Sequence record: ON506924 | Length of the DNA: 64,000 nucleotides | Reading direction: 5' to 3' (one strand) | Origin: Escherichia phage vB_EcoM_SCS4 | In this document: positions 32,537 through 44,184 of the stretch, piece after piece | Layout: every line of letters begins with the position of its first letter | How positions within the stretch are numbered: the stretch's first letter is position 1 | Notes under the pieces: model-generated | Told to the model about the DNA's origin: nothing | What the model saw: only the letters and a program-made list of their open reading frames with translations | The model's database searches: none | Made by a program: the position numbers and the translations under genes

Positions 32537-32872
32537 TCACTTATAAAGACATGGAATAGCTTTATAGTGGCAAGTGACGAATTTTTGTTTAATTTCTTTT
32601 GGCTGCTTAAGACCCAGAGCTACAAAAGGATGCGGAACGTTTCGAATTTGACCAACTGGAAGAGAAGTCAAATCACCAACTTCGCAGAAACCTTCAGGAA
32701 CATCAGGACCAACAGAGTGAACTACACACAGTTCAGGAACTTCACCTTGAACACGTTTACCGATAATAAGTCCTGATTCTGTAACTTCTTCATCACCGGC
32801 TTGTGCAGGTTCAGAAACTAAAATAACATATTCACCGACAGCACGAATTGGTAGCTGTTGTACTTCAGACAT
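32537..32872 (-). CDS. 31: co-chaperonin gp31 (GroES analogue, 111 aa)
   Basis: sequence [30 protein letters not shown] ... matches T4 gp31. Confidence 0.95.
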
Positions 32873-32899
32873 CGTTTTTCCTTTTTGTTAACAGATGAA

Positions 32900-32930
32900 T
32901 TAATAATAACAAATAATTCTTAAAGCATTT
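32900..32930 (-). promoter_or_regulatory. candidate middle promoter for gene 31 (MotA-box-like ATGCTTTA followed by an AT-rich -10)
   Basis: minus strand reads AATGCTTTA-N12-TATTAT upstream of gene 31; motif match only. Confidence 0.4.
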
Positions 32931-33237
32931 ATTTACCAATAAATTGGAGTAAATGCTCAACTTTCATACCATTAACGGAAATCAATTTGTCAATAGAAAA
33001 ACCTCGCCATGCACCAAGCTCGACATCAAACACTGGAATCATGTCAGTAGATTCTTTCCGAGTAGATTCAGTCAATTTACCAGTTTGCATGGTTGGCATA
33101 AAGTCTGCATCACGAGTACCTTTCATAGTACGAATAGTACCATCAGACTTTTCAAAAACTACGTTTGAAACACCCATGGACAATTTAGTTTTCAAAATTT
33201 CGCGAATTGCTACTTTCTGCTCAGTTGTCAGTTTCAT
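32929..33237 (-). CDS. hypothetical protein (31.1-like)
   Basis: 102-aa ORF. Confidence 0.7.
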   Translation of the reverse strand: MKLTTEQKVAIREILKTKLSMGVSNVVFEKSDGTIRTMKGTRDADFMPTMQTGKLTESTRKESTDMIPVFDVELGAWRGFSIDKLISVNGMKVEHLLQFIGK

Positions 33238-33474
33238 TTATTTACCTATCACAGTTTTAATATGAGTTGTTCCACGTTCTTTAAGGGTGGAAAGTAATTT
33301 TTGGCATTTTTCTAAATCAGATTTCCAACTATATGGTCTATCAATACTAGTCCAATCAGTTTTATAATACTGTTTCCATTTAGAGAAAAAATATTTCTTA
33401 TACTCTACAGCAAATGAGATGTTCTCGTTAGAATAAGAACTAATTGCTGTAAGCTTTACCAAACGAAATTTCAT
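33238..33474 (-). CDS. hypothetical protein (31.2-like)
   Basis: 78-aa ORF. Confidence 0.65.
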   Translation of the reverse strand: MKFRLVKLTAISSYSNENISFAVEYKKYFFSKWKQYYKTDWTSIDRPYSWKSDLEKCQKLLSTLKERGTTHIKTVIGK

Positions 33475-34055
33475 TATTCACCACAGAATTCGTTGATATT
33501 TTCCCAGTTTAACTTATTCAAGTTTTTCTTAGGAACATTAAACACTTCAATACCTGCATTTCGCAGAATATCATCCCAGCCAGGTTTATTTTTATCGTAT
33601 GTTTCACAATAAACCAGCTTTTTAATACCAGATTGAGCTATCGCTTTTGCACAATCTGGGCAAGGAGAAAGTGTTACATACATAGTAGCACCTTCAATAG
33701 AAGAACCATTTCGTGCAGCAAACAAAATTGCATTTAGTTCAGCATGAATTTCATTTTTAGACGACCATTCAGAGTGAGCGCTACGATGTTCTTTCGCCAA
33801 AACAAAACGATCAGTTGAACCAAATGATACGCATTCAGGCTTATGGCCTTGAATGATAGTGTGTTTAGGCTTATTCAACAACCAACCTTGCTCAGCAGCA
33901 TAATCACAACAGTTCACACCCCCTGCGGGTGAACCATTATACCCAGTAGAAATAATACGTCCATTCTTTTCAATTACTGCTCCTACCTTCCAGGAGCAAC
34001 ATTTTGATTCCTGTGATACTAAATATGCAATTTGAAGTACTGTACTCGCTTTCAT
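33474..34055 (-). CDS. cd: dCMP deaminase (193 aa)
   Basis: zinc-binding HAE ... PCxxC motifs (HAELNAI, SPCPDCAKAI); matches T4 Cd. Confidence 0.95.
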   Translation of the reverse strand: MKASTVLQIAYLVSQESKCCSWKVGAVIEKNGRIISTGYNGSPAGGVNCCDYAAEQGWLLNKPKHTIIQGHKPECVSFGSTDRFVLAKEHRSAHSEWSSKNEIHAELNAILFAARNGSSIEGATMYVTLSPCPDCAKAIAQSGIKKLVYCETYDKNKPGWDDILRNAGIEVFNVPKKNLNKLNWENINEFCGE

Positions 34056-34390
34056 TTCATAATCACCAGATAAGCAGATTTAGCAGTTTCAACACGATAA
34101 ATTTCGTGACGAAGTTTAGTTATACTTTTAATAACAGAACTAATTATATTCTGCCCATCTTTAAAGCGGTTTTTCTTATCAATAAAAATTGCGCCAACCA
34201 TCTTTTTGTGAAGCTCAACTGGATACTTCGTCACAATAATAGCATCATTCACAGAAGGATGAATACTATTCACCAGAGTATCATTCATTAAAGTTATTCT
34301 AATGAACTGTGCTGTTTCAGAATCAAGCGCTCTATGATCGCCAGTATCATTTTCAAGACAATTATCAATTATATCAGTTAAATTCATCAT
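34052..34390 (-). CDS. hypothetical protein (cd.1-like)
   Basis: 112-aa ORF. Confidence 0.7.
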   Translation of the reverse strand: MMNLTDIIDNCLENDTGDHRALDSETAQFIRITLMNDTLVNSIHPSVNDAIIVTKYPVELHKKMVGAIFIDKKNRFKDGQNIISSVIKSITKLRHEIYRVETAKSAYLVIMK

Positions 34391-34626
34391 AGTACGCCAT
34401 ACACCCTTTGTGCTTCAACTAATCCATCAAAATCCAGTTTAAGATGCGATATTTGATCGCCATCACCTGGATTCACAATTACTAATACTGAACGAGGAGT
34501 TTCGGTAATAACACGAACCGATGTTTCAGGAAATCGTTCAGAAACCTTATTTACTAATTCCTGTGCAAATAGTTTAACTTTTTCTTGGAATTCTTTAACA
34601 GTAATTGGTTTTTCACTTAGCAGCAT
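34387..34626 (-). CDS. hypothetical protein (cd.2-like)
   Basis: 79-aa ORF. Confidence 0.65.
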   Translation of the reverse strand: MLLSEKPITVKEFQEKVKLFAQELVNKVSERFPETSVRVITETPRSVLVIVNPGDGDQISHLKLDFDGLVEAQRVYGVL

Positions 34627-35147
34627 GTTGATCCCAGCTCCTTACTTTCAACGTTTTTAACTAATTTGACAGAAACTAATTCAGCATCTTGAGTAATCAT
34701 TACCGGACCTTCTTCATACTCTTCAAGATATTCTAGTGCTTTCTTTTTAGCTTCTTCCTTCGTATCAGTTTGAGCATAGATATAAAACATACAACCAGTA
34801 ATACCTACTACTTTCCACTTAATTTCTTTATCAGTTTTAATTTCAAATTTACTGACAGAATCATCTTTTTGAACTTCTTCGAAAAAAGAATATTCTAACA
34901 TATAAGCAATTGAAAATAGCGGGCTAACTTTATAGGATTCTCCCATTACATCAACAGCTTTATACCAGCAGTCATCAATTTCGCGTTTAATGCTAATAAC
35001 ATTTTTCGCAGGATCTATTTTTACTTTAAATGAATTTTCCCCAATAAACTGGGCAATTCGTTTATTAGCCCCGCAAGTTTCATTAAAAATATCTTTATAC
35101 CCAGTTTTAAAGCGATAAACCTTATCTTCTTCAAACCATTCGCTCAT
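34617..35147 (-). CDS. hypothetical protein (cd.3-like)
   Basis: 176-aa ORF. Confidence 0.7.
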   Translation of the reverse strand: MSEWFEEDKVYRFKTGYKDIFNETCGANKRIAQFIGENSFKVKIDPAKNVISIKREIDDCWYKAVDVMGESYKVSPLFSIAYMLEYSFFEEVQKDDSVSKFEIKTDKEIKWKVVGITGCMFYIYAQTDTKEEAKKKALEYLEEYEEGPVMITQDAELVSVKLVKNVESKELGSTCC

Positions 35148-35210
35148 TTCAATTTCCTCATTTGTTTTTGGTAGAGCTATAATATCACAACTCTACCGTA
35201 AAGTAAACCA

Positions 35211-35516
35211 TTAAATCGCTTTGAATTCCGCAGTTTGAGATTCAAAGCGAATGTCGCCTTTGATAACTAGCTCAGCATCAAGACCGAATACAACAATGAT
35301 ATGCGCGGAACCTGGATACAACGTAATGGCAATAGAATCCACCTGGTCTGGAAGCAAAGTGTTCAATACATGAGTCACTTGAGCATGGATTCGAAGCTCA
35401 GCTGCGTTATCAAGTTTTTCAAACATATTATTAGCGATAATTTGGCTAAACACTACTTCTACGATTTTAGAGTAAGTCGGAAACATATTTACCTCACATA
35501 ATTTTCTTCGAGCCAA
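35211..35516 (-). CDS. hypothetical protein (cd.4-like)
   Basis: 101-aa ORF. Confidence 0.65.
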   Translation of the reverse strand: MARRKLCEVNMFPTYSKIVEVVFSQIIANNMFEKLDNAAELRIHAQVTHVLNTLLPDQVDSIAITLYPGSAHIIVVFGLDAELVIKGDIRFESQTAEFKAI

Positions 35517-35689
35517 TCAATAACATCCAAAGCGTTATCAAAAGTTTCGCCATCTACTTTGTCTTCTGTTTCATAATCAAGAACATCTAGGCCTACTCTT
35601 CCGTCAACAATAGGCCATAGACAAAATAGATATTTCTTTTCTTTTTCAATTTTATCACAAAGACGATAAATCTTTTCTAGGTTATTCAT
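35489..35689 (-). CDS. hypothetical protein (cd.5-like)
   Basis: 66-aa ORF. Confidence 0.6.
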   Translation of the reverse strand: MNNLEKIYRLCDKIEKEKKYLFCLWPIVDGRVGLDVLDYETEDKVDGETFDNALDVIDWLEENYVR

Positions 35690-35878
35690 ACGTTTTCCAT
35701 GGTAAAGGCAGTTTAGTTTTCTTTACTACTAGTTCAACATCAGGATTCTTTTCTCTTAATTTAAGGCATTCCTCCCATGCTCTATTTTCACTAGTAAATA
35801 CACAAAATTGCCCATTACTAGTACCAACTAAACCGCTATTTACAATAACAATAGCCCAAGTTTCATGGTGCAAAGCCA

Positions 35879-35879
<1 letters not shown>
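35682..35879 (-). CDS. hypothetical protein (65 aa) immediately downstream of pseT
   Basis: ATG overlaps pseT stop (TAATG arrangement); the track ORF start lies further upstream. Confidence 0.55.
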
Positions 35880-37082
<1,203 letters not shown>

Positions 37083-37086
<4 letters not shown>

Positions 37087-37313
37087 TTATTTTTCTCAAC
37101 CAATGATTGAATATAATCATGCAGGTCTTTAGATGCTTTACCCCACTTATTTTGATATTCATTTTTAAGATTAGCACGTGATTGAGCTAATAAAACATCA
37201 TTAGTTGGAGGTAAAGATTCTAATCGCTGAATCTGGCGTCCATAAATCATTGCAGCCATCTCGGATTCATAAATCAATCCTTTGAGATGCTCAAATTGAT
37301 GCCATGAAATCAT
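37083..37313 (-). CDS. hypothetical protein (76 aa)
   Basis: ORF with 4-nt overlaps to both neighbours. Confidence 0.6.
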
Positions 37314-37609
37314 TTACATTTATCCTCTTTTAACTCTTGACGATAATAACATATCATAGTTTTCTGGTCATGTACATATCGTTTTACGTCATTAAGCCAA
37401 ATACGAAATTCCTGAGAATCTTCAAATGGCATACCGACCCAAGCTTTACCATCGATAACTTTAACTTGCCAAGATAGTTTAGCTTCATCATATGACTTTA
37501 TCTGCACAGGCCAATTAGGATGAACTGTTTCTTTCTTTACTTCTAGAGGCTTTGTCGAACAACCAACTAGAAGACCAATAGATAATATTACTGCTGATAG
37601 TTTAATCAT
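37310..37609 (-). CDS. pseT.2: o-spanin, outer-membrane lipoprotein (99 aa)
   Basis: N-terminal signal peptide with lipobox (LLVGCS); paired with the upstream TM/coiled-coil ORF; T4 pseT.2/pseT.3 are the known spanin equivalents. Confidence 0.75.
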   Translation of the reverse strand: MIKLSAVILSIGLLVGCSTKPLEVKKETVHPNWPVQIKSYDEAKLSWQVKVIDGKAWVGMPFEDSQEFRIWLNDVKRYVHDQKTMICYYRQELKEDKCK

Positions 37610-37959
37610 TTAGAAAGGTCCTGGATGTCTTCTGCNAANTTNTTGAAGGAGTTGTTGATTTGTTTTTCAACCAATCCTGGCTTATGAGCCACCACATCCG
37701 CCTTCTTTGCATCTTTGCGCAGTTTTTCATTTTCACGCTCAATAGCAGCAATTGCCTCACGATTTTTATTATTCATCGCATCAATATAATTATACTGAAT
37801 TCGCAAATTATTTAATGCTAAAGCGTTTTCATTGGCTGTTTTTGTAATTTCTGCAACAGACGTTTCTAATCTTTCTACCTTATTTTTTAAAATAATAGAT
37901 GTTCCGCCAAATGCTATTACAAGTAATAGCAATCCAGCTGTAAAATTACTTACATGCAT
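37606..37959 (-). CDS. pseT.3: i-spanin, inner-membrane anchored coiled-coil protein (117 aa)
   Basis: single N-terminal TM helix (GLLLLVIAFGGTSIIL) followed by a coiled-coil-like periplasmic segment; contains N calls at 37636-37640. Confidence 0.75.
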   Translation of the reverse strand: MHVSNFTAGLLLLVIAFGGTSIILKNKVERLETSVAEITKTANENALALNNLRIQYNYIDAMNNKNREAIAAIERENEKLRKDAKKADVVAHKPGLVEKQINNSFXXXAEDIQDLSK

Positions 37960-38453
37960 AAAGTTTTAATAACCTCTATAATATCGTCTTGAGAAAGACC
38001 GTTAATTAAAATATGATGTTCAGCTGGAGATTTAGAAATTTTAAAGCATGCCTCAACATCTTCTGCCATATCCGATGCACTACGATTTGGATTACTAATC
38101 CCAAGGCGGTGTTTTCCCGTCAAAGGATTAACGATGATATAGCATTTGCAGCTATTGATATGAACATTGGGTTGAGTCTGATTAATGAATACTTCGCACT
38201 CATACTTAGCGAGTTGATTTTCTAAAAAGACTTTCATCTCTTCAACCGCATCAGGAAGCATATCACGGGCTTGCTCAAGACGACGATTTCGATATTCTTT
38301 AATGGTCGTTTTCCGCTTGACTTGCTTAGCTAAATCTTTCTTAAGATCAGTGATATATCCAACTCGACGATTTCCTTTGAATACAGAAATCCCATCTGTG
38401 GTATCACCGTATGCTTCAACGACCATTTCAGTAGTAATAAGCTGCAAATCCAT
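37950..38453 (-). CDS. alc: Alc, inhibitor of host transcription on cytosine-containing DNA (167 aa)
   Basis: collinear with T4 alc; length match from the second Met. Confidence 0.85.
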   Translation of the reverse strand: MDLQLITTEMVVEAYGDTTDGISVFKGNRRVGYITDLKKDLAKQVKRKTTIKEYRNRRLEQARDMLPDAVEEMKVFLENQLAKYECEVFINQTQPNVHINSCKCYIIVNPLTGKHRLGISNPNRSASDMAEDVEACFKISKSPAEHHILINGLSQDDIIEVIKTLCM

Positions 38454-38517
38454 CATAAAGTCCTCATGTTATGTCAGTAAGACTACTATAACACAACACG
38501 AGGGACTTGTAAACAGC

Positions 38518-40105
<1,588 letters not shown>

Positions 40106-40112
40106 AATAAAA

Positions 40113-40128
40113 TGGGCCTTGCGGCCCA
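40113..40128 (-). terminator. hairpin TGGGCC-GCAA-GGCCCA (minus-strand sense) between nrdB and denA
   Basis: 6-bp GC stem seen in sequence. Confidence 0.45.
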
Positions 40129-40132
40129 CTCC

Positions 40133-41311
40133 TTAAAAGTATTTTTTAAAACTCATCATAACTTTATCATCAACATCATTATCAATCTGTGCAACAAGGT
40201 AAGATGACAGTTCTACTTCTTGTGGCGCGGATTGAACATTATCAGAATTAAGATATTCACGAATCCAAGGATATGGATGTTTAACCGNAGCATCGGTAAT
40301 TGGGCATGGAAGACCGCACTGTTTCATACGAGATACAGTTAAGTAATCAATAAAGCTCCACATGCTATTTGTATTTAATCCAGGAACATCGCCATCTTTN
40401 AATAAATGAACTGCCCAATCTTTTTCTTGGCGGTTAACTTCCATGAAAATATCAACTGCTTCTTGTTCACACTCTTGAGCAATTTTAACCCATTGATCGC
40501 CATCAGTACCAGATTGAAGTTGACGAATAATATATTGGGTGCCTTTAAGGTGAAGCTGTTCATCGCGTGCAATGAACTTCATAATCTTGGCATTACCTTC
40601 CATGATTTCCATGTTCTTATGGAAGTTAAAGGTACATGCGAAAGATACATAAAAACGAATAGCTTCCAATGCGTTGATTACATGCAAACAGAGGTAAAGA
40701 GATTTCATTAGCTCACGCTTCCAATATGTCTCATGCTCAATAGTTCGGTTTAATCGAACGTCTTCGTCAGCATATTCTTTAGGTAGTTCGATATCAGCTT
40801 TAGCGTTTTCCCAATAACGAGTTTTAATCAGAACATCATCATAATAACGTCCAATGGATTCAGCACGTTTCATAATAGCTTCATCTAATACAATTTCATC
40901 AAATACCTTTGACGGATCAGTATAAAGATTTCGCATGATATGTGTATATGAACGGCTGTGAATAGTTTCACTAAAAGTCCATGTAGCAACCCATGTATCA
41001 AGGCTTGGGTCTGAAATTAATGACATAAGTACAGCAGATGGCGCGCGACCCTGAATGCTATCTAAAAGTGATTGATACTTCAGATTATTAGTAAAAATAT
41101 TTTGCTGATACTGAGGAAGCTTATTAAACTGTGCAGCATCCATCATCAAGTTTACTTCTTCAGGACGCCAAAAAAATGATAAATGATTTTCAATAAGTTC
41201 TTCAAATACTCTATGTCGTTGAATATCATNTCGAGCTAAACCCAATCCAGAACCAAAAAACATAGGTTCTTTTAAAACATCAACTGGATTTGTGTTAAAA
41301 ATTGTGCTCAT
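40133..41311 (-). CDS. nrdB: ribonucleotide reductase small subunit NrdB, uninterrupted (392 aa)
   Basis: single continuous ORF with ferritin-like RNR R2 sequence; no intron or I-TevIII ORF. Confidence 0.95.
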   Translation of the reverse strand: MSTIFNTNPVDVLKEPMFFGSGLGLARXDIQRHRVFEELIENHLSFFWRPEEVNLMMDAAQFNKLPQYQQNIFTNNLKYQSLLDSIQGRAPSAVLMSLISDPSLDTWVATWTFSETIHSRSYTHIMRNLYTDPSKVFDEIVLDEAIMKRAESIGRYYDDVLIKTRYWENAKADIELPKEYADEDVRLNRTIEHETYWKRELMKSLYLCLHVINALEAIRFYVSFACTFNFHKNMEIMEGNAKIMKFIARDEQLHLKGTQYIIRQLQSGTDGDQWVKIAQECEQEAVDIFMEVNRQEKDWAVHLXKDGDVPGLNTNSMWSFIDYLTVSRMKQCGLPCPITDAXVKHPYPWIREYLNSDNVQSAPQEVELSSYLVAQIDNDVDDKVMMSFKKYF

Positions 41312-41362
41312 AAATTTTCCGCTTAGTTAATAGTTGGTGACTCGTCCGTGAGTCAAATTATA

Positions 41363-43627
41363 TCATAAATTACAGGATGAACAATCTTCAGCTTTTGGAG
41401 TTTCTATTTCATAATCATCAGTACCAGAACCATCGCGGGTATTATGATAATAGAAATTTTTTCCGCCAAAATACCAAAAATACAAAAGGTCATCAATCAT
41501 TATTGACATTGGAACCTTTCCTTTTGGAAAAATCTGCGGGTCATAGTATGTATTCGCCGAAGCTGATTGACAAACCCATTTCAGCATAATAGCTACCTGC
41601 GTAAGATAAGGTTTATTACCTTTCTTAGCTAATTTCCACGTATAATCATATAGGTCTATGTTATGCTCAATATTGGGCACGACTTGATTAAAGGAACCCT
41701 CTTTTGATTCTTTAACAGAGACTGGTCCACGTGGAGGCTCGATACCGTTTGTACTGTTAGAAACTTGGGAAGATGACTCACATGGCATAAGTGCTGATAA
41801 TGTGCTATTACGGATGCCAAAGAGCTTAAGGTCTTCCCGCAGCGACGACCAGTCACAAACGTATTTTGGAGCTGCGATTTGGTCAATCTTTTTATTGTAC
41901 CAGTCGATAGGTAATTCGCCTCGAGACCAACGAGTGTCTGAATAATATTCGCAAGGTCCTTTTTCTTTGGCGAGATTAATGGATGCTTTAATGAGTCCAT
42001 ACTGTAATCTCTCAAATAGTTCATGTGTTAAATCGTTGGCATCTTCATAAGAAGCAAAGTTACTTGCCAGCCAAGCTGCATAGTTTGTAACACCTACACC
42101 GAGGTTACGACGCTTTTTAGCTTTTTCTGCTTCAGGAACTGGATATCCTTGGTAATCCAAAAGATTATCAAGAGCACGAACTTGAACTTCTGCCAATTCA
42201 TTAATTTTATCTTGGTCTTGCCAATCAAAATTATCTAGTACGAATGCAGAGAGAGTACACAATCCAATTTCAGCATCAGGACTATTCACATCATTTGTTG
42301 GAATAGCAATTTCACAGCACAAGTTACTCTGACGAATAGGTGCCTTTTCACGAATAAACGGAGTATAGTTATTCGTATTATCAATGAACTGTACATAAAT
42401 CCTTGCTGTTCCTGAACGTTCAGTCATGAGCAATTCAAACAGTTCACGGGCTTTAATACGCTTTTTACGAATATTAGGGTCTTTTTCTGCCGCTTCGTAT
42501 AATTCACGGAAACGGTCTTGGTCTTTAAAATAAGAATAATAAAGCTCTCCACCCATTTCATGGGGACTGAACAAAGTAATGTAATCGTTCTTTCCAAAAC
42601 GTTCCATCATCAAATCATTCAGTTGAACACCATAATCCATATGACGAATGCGGTTTTCTTCTACGCCTTTGTTATTTTTCAAAACGAGAAGATTTTCAAC
42701 TTCCAAATGCCAAATAGGATAATAAGCAGTAGCAGCGCCGCCACGAATTCCACCCTGTGAACATGATTTAACTGCAGTCTGAAAATGTTTCCAAAAAGGA
42801 ATAACACCGGTATGGCGTACTTCACCCATGCCAATCTTAGAACCTTCGGCACGAATCATACCAACGTTAATACCAATTCCAGCACGTTTGGAGATATATT
42901 CAACAATTGAAGCGGAAGCCTTATTGATAGACTTCAATGAATCTCCTGCCTCAATAACAACACATGAACTAAACTGTCGAGTCGGAGTACGACAACCAGC
43001 CATAATAGGAGTTGGCAATGAAATCTGTCGAGTAGATACTGCTTCATAAAAACGGATAACATGTTTTAATCTATCAACAGGTTCGTCTTGATGCAATGCC
43101 ATTCCAATAGCCATAAATGCAAACTGTGGAGTTTCATAAATTTGACCAGTGGTTTTATCTTTAACTAAATATTTTTCTTTTAATTGCATCGCCCCGGAAT
43201 AAGTAAATTCCATATCCCGTTCGTGCTTAATTTTTGATTCTAAAAATGTAATTTCTTCTGCTGAATATTTTGACAATAATTCAGGGTCATATTTACCTTC
43301 ATTTACACAGTAAGAAATATGGTCAATAAATGAACGTGGTTCATACTGCCCATAAACATGCTTACGAAGAGCAAACATTAAACAGCGTGCAGCTACATAT
43401 TGATAATCAGGTTCTTCAACCGAAATAGAATTCGCAGCAGCCTTAATGACAATAGTCTGAATATCATCAGTTGTCATTCCATCACGGAGATAAGATTTAA
43501 TATTTTCATATAATTCATAAGGATCTACTGATGTTCCCTCAGCTGCCCAAGATAAAACTTTAATAATTTTTTGTGGGTCAAAGCTCTGAGAAACACCACT
43601 ACTTTTGATAACATTAATTAATTGCAT
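41363..43627 (-). CDS. nrdA: ribonucleotide reductase large subunit NrdA (754 aa)
   Basis: 754-aa class Ia RNR alpha-subunit sequence; same length as T4 NrdA. Confidence 0.97.
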   Translation of the reverse strand: MQLINVIKSSGVSQSFDPQKIIKVLSWAAEGTSVDPYELYENIKSYLRDGMTTDDIQTIVIKAAANSISVEEPDYQYVAARCLMFALRKHVYGQYEPRSFIDHISYCVNEGKYDPELLSKYSAEEITFLESKIKHERDMEFTYSGAMQLKEKYLVKDKTTGQIYETPQFAFMAIGMALHQDEPVDRLKHVIRFYEAVSTRQISLPTPIMAGCRTPTRQFSSCVVIEAGDSLKSINKASASIVEYISKRAGIGINVGMIRAEGSKIGMGEVRHTGVIPFWKHFQTAVKSCSQGGIRGGAATAYYPIWHLEVENLLVLKNNKGVEENRIRHMDYGVQLNDLMMERFGKNDYITLFSPHEMGGELYYSYFKDQDRFRELYEAAEKDPNIRKKRIKARELFELLMTERSGTARIYVQFIDNTNNYTPFIREKAPIRQSNLCCEIAIPTNDVNSPDAEIGLCTLSAFVLDNFDWQDQDKINELAEVQVRALDNLLDYQGYPVPEAEKAKKRRNLGVGVTNYAAWLASNFASYEDANDLTHELFERLQYGLIKASINLAKEKGPCEYYSDTRWSRGELPIDWYNKKIDQIAAPKYVCDWSSLREDLKLFGIRNSTLSALMPCESSSQVSNSTNGIEPPRGPVSVKESKEGSFNQVVPNIEHNIDLYDYTWKLAKKGNKPYLTQVAIMLKWVCQSASANTYYDPQIFPKGKVPMSIMIDDLLYFWYFGGKNFYYHNTRDGSGTDDYEIETPKAEDCSSCNL

Positions 43628-43944
43628 AAGTCCTCAACTTGAAAATCGTCTTTAAACAATCGGTTAACTATATGAGCTATTATATCACCATGACACGGCT
43701 TTGGTTTACATGTGCATCCTAGCCTCATTCCACGTAAAGGCTCTAAATGTGCTTTAGTTATTTCTCCGGATTTAATTCGACGTATAAAATCTTTTTTGAA
43801 TAATTCAATGGCAGCCTCCCGGCTGCCAGCATCTTTACCGACGTAATTTCCCCAAAATGTACCACGGTGAATATTAACATCAAAGTCGGATTTATATTTA
43901 TTCACTACCCGGCATAGACGGCCCGCGCGGTGATAATTCAGCAT
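43618..43944 (-). CDS. hypothetical protein with Cys/His cluster (108 aa; nrdA.1-like)
   Basis: ORF overlapping nrdA start; motifs FWGNYVG and [11 protein letters not shown]. Confidence 0.7.
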   Translation of the reverse strand: MLNYHRAGRLCRVVNKYKSDFDVNIHRGTFWGNYVGKDAGSREAAIELFKKDFIRRIKSGEITKAHLEPLRGMRLGCTCKPKPCHGDIIAHIVNRLFKDDFQVEDLCN

Positions 43945-44173
43945 ATTGTTTTTCCGTCAAAACAGTAATATCGTAGTAACAGTCAGAAGAAGTTTTAACT
44001 GTGGAAATTTTATTATCAAAATACTCACGGGTCATTTTATGAGTATAATATTTTTTACCATAAATGATAATAGGCTGATTTGGTCCTGGAACTTCTAACT
44101 CGCTTGGGTTAGGAAGTGTAAAAAGAATGGCACCAGAAATATCTTTAAATCGTAAAATCATATATCCTCTCAA
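43898..44173 (-). CDS. hypothetical protein (91 aa; nrdA.2-like)
   Basis: ORF in T4 nrdA.2 position. Confidence 0.65.
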   Translation of the reverse strand: MRGYMILRFKDISGAILFTLPNPSELEVPGPNQPIIIYGKKYYTHKMTREYFDNKISTVKTSSDCYYDITVLTEKQYAELSPRGPSMPGSE

Positions 44174-44184
44174 TTAAATTAAAA

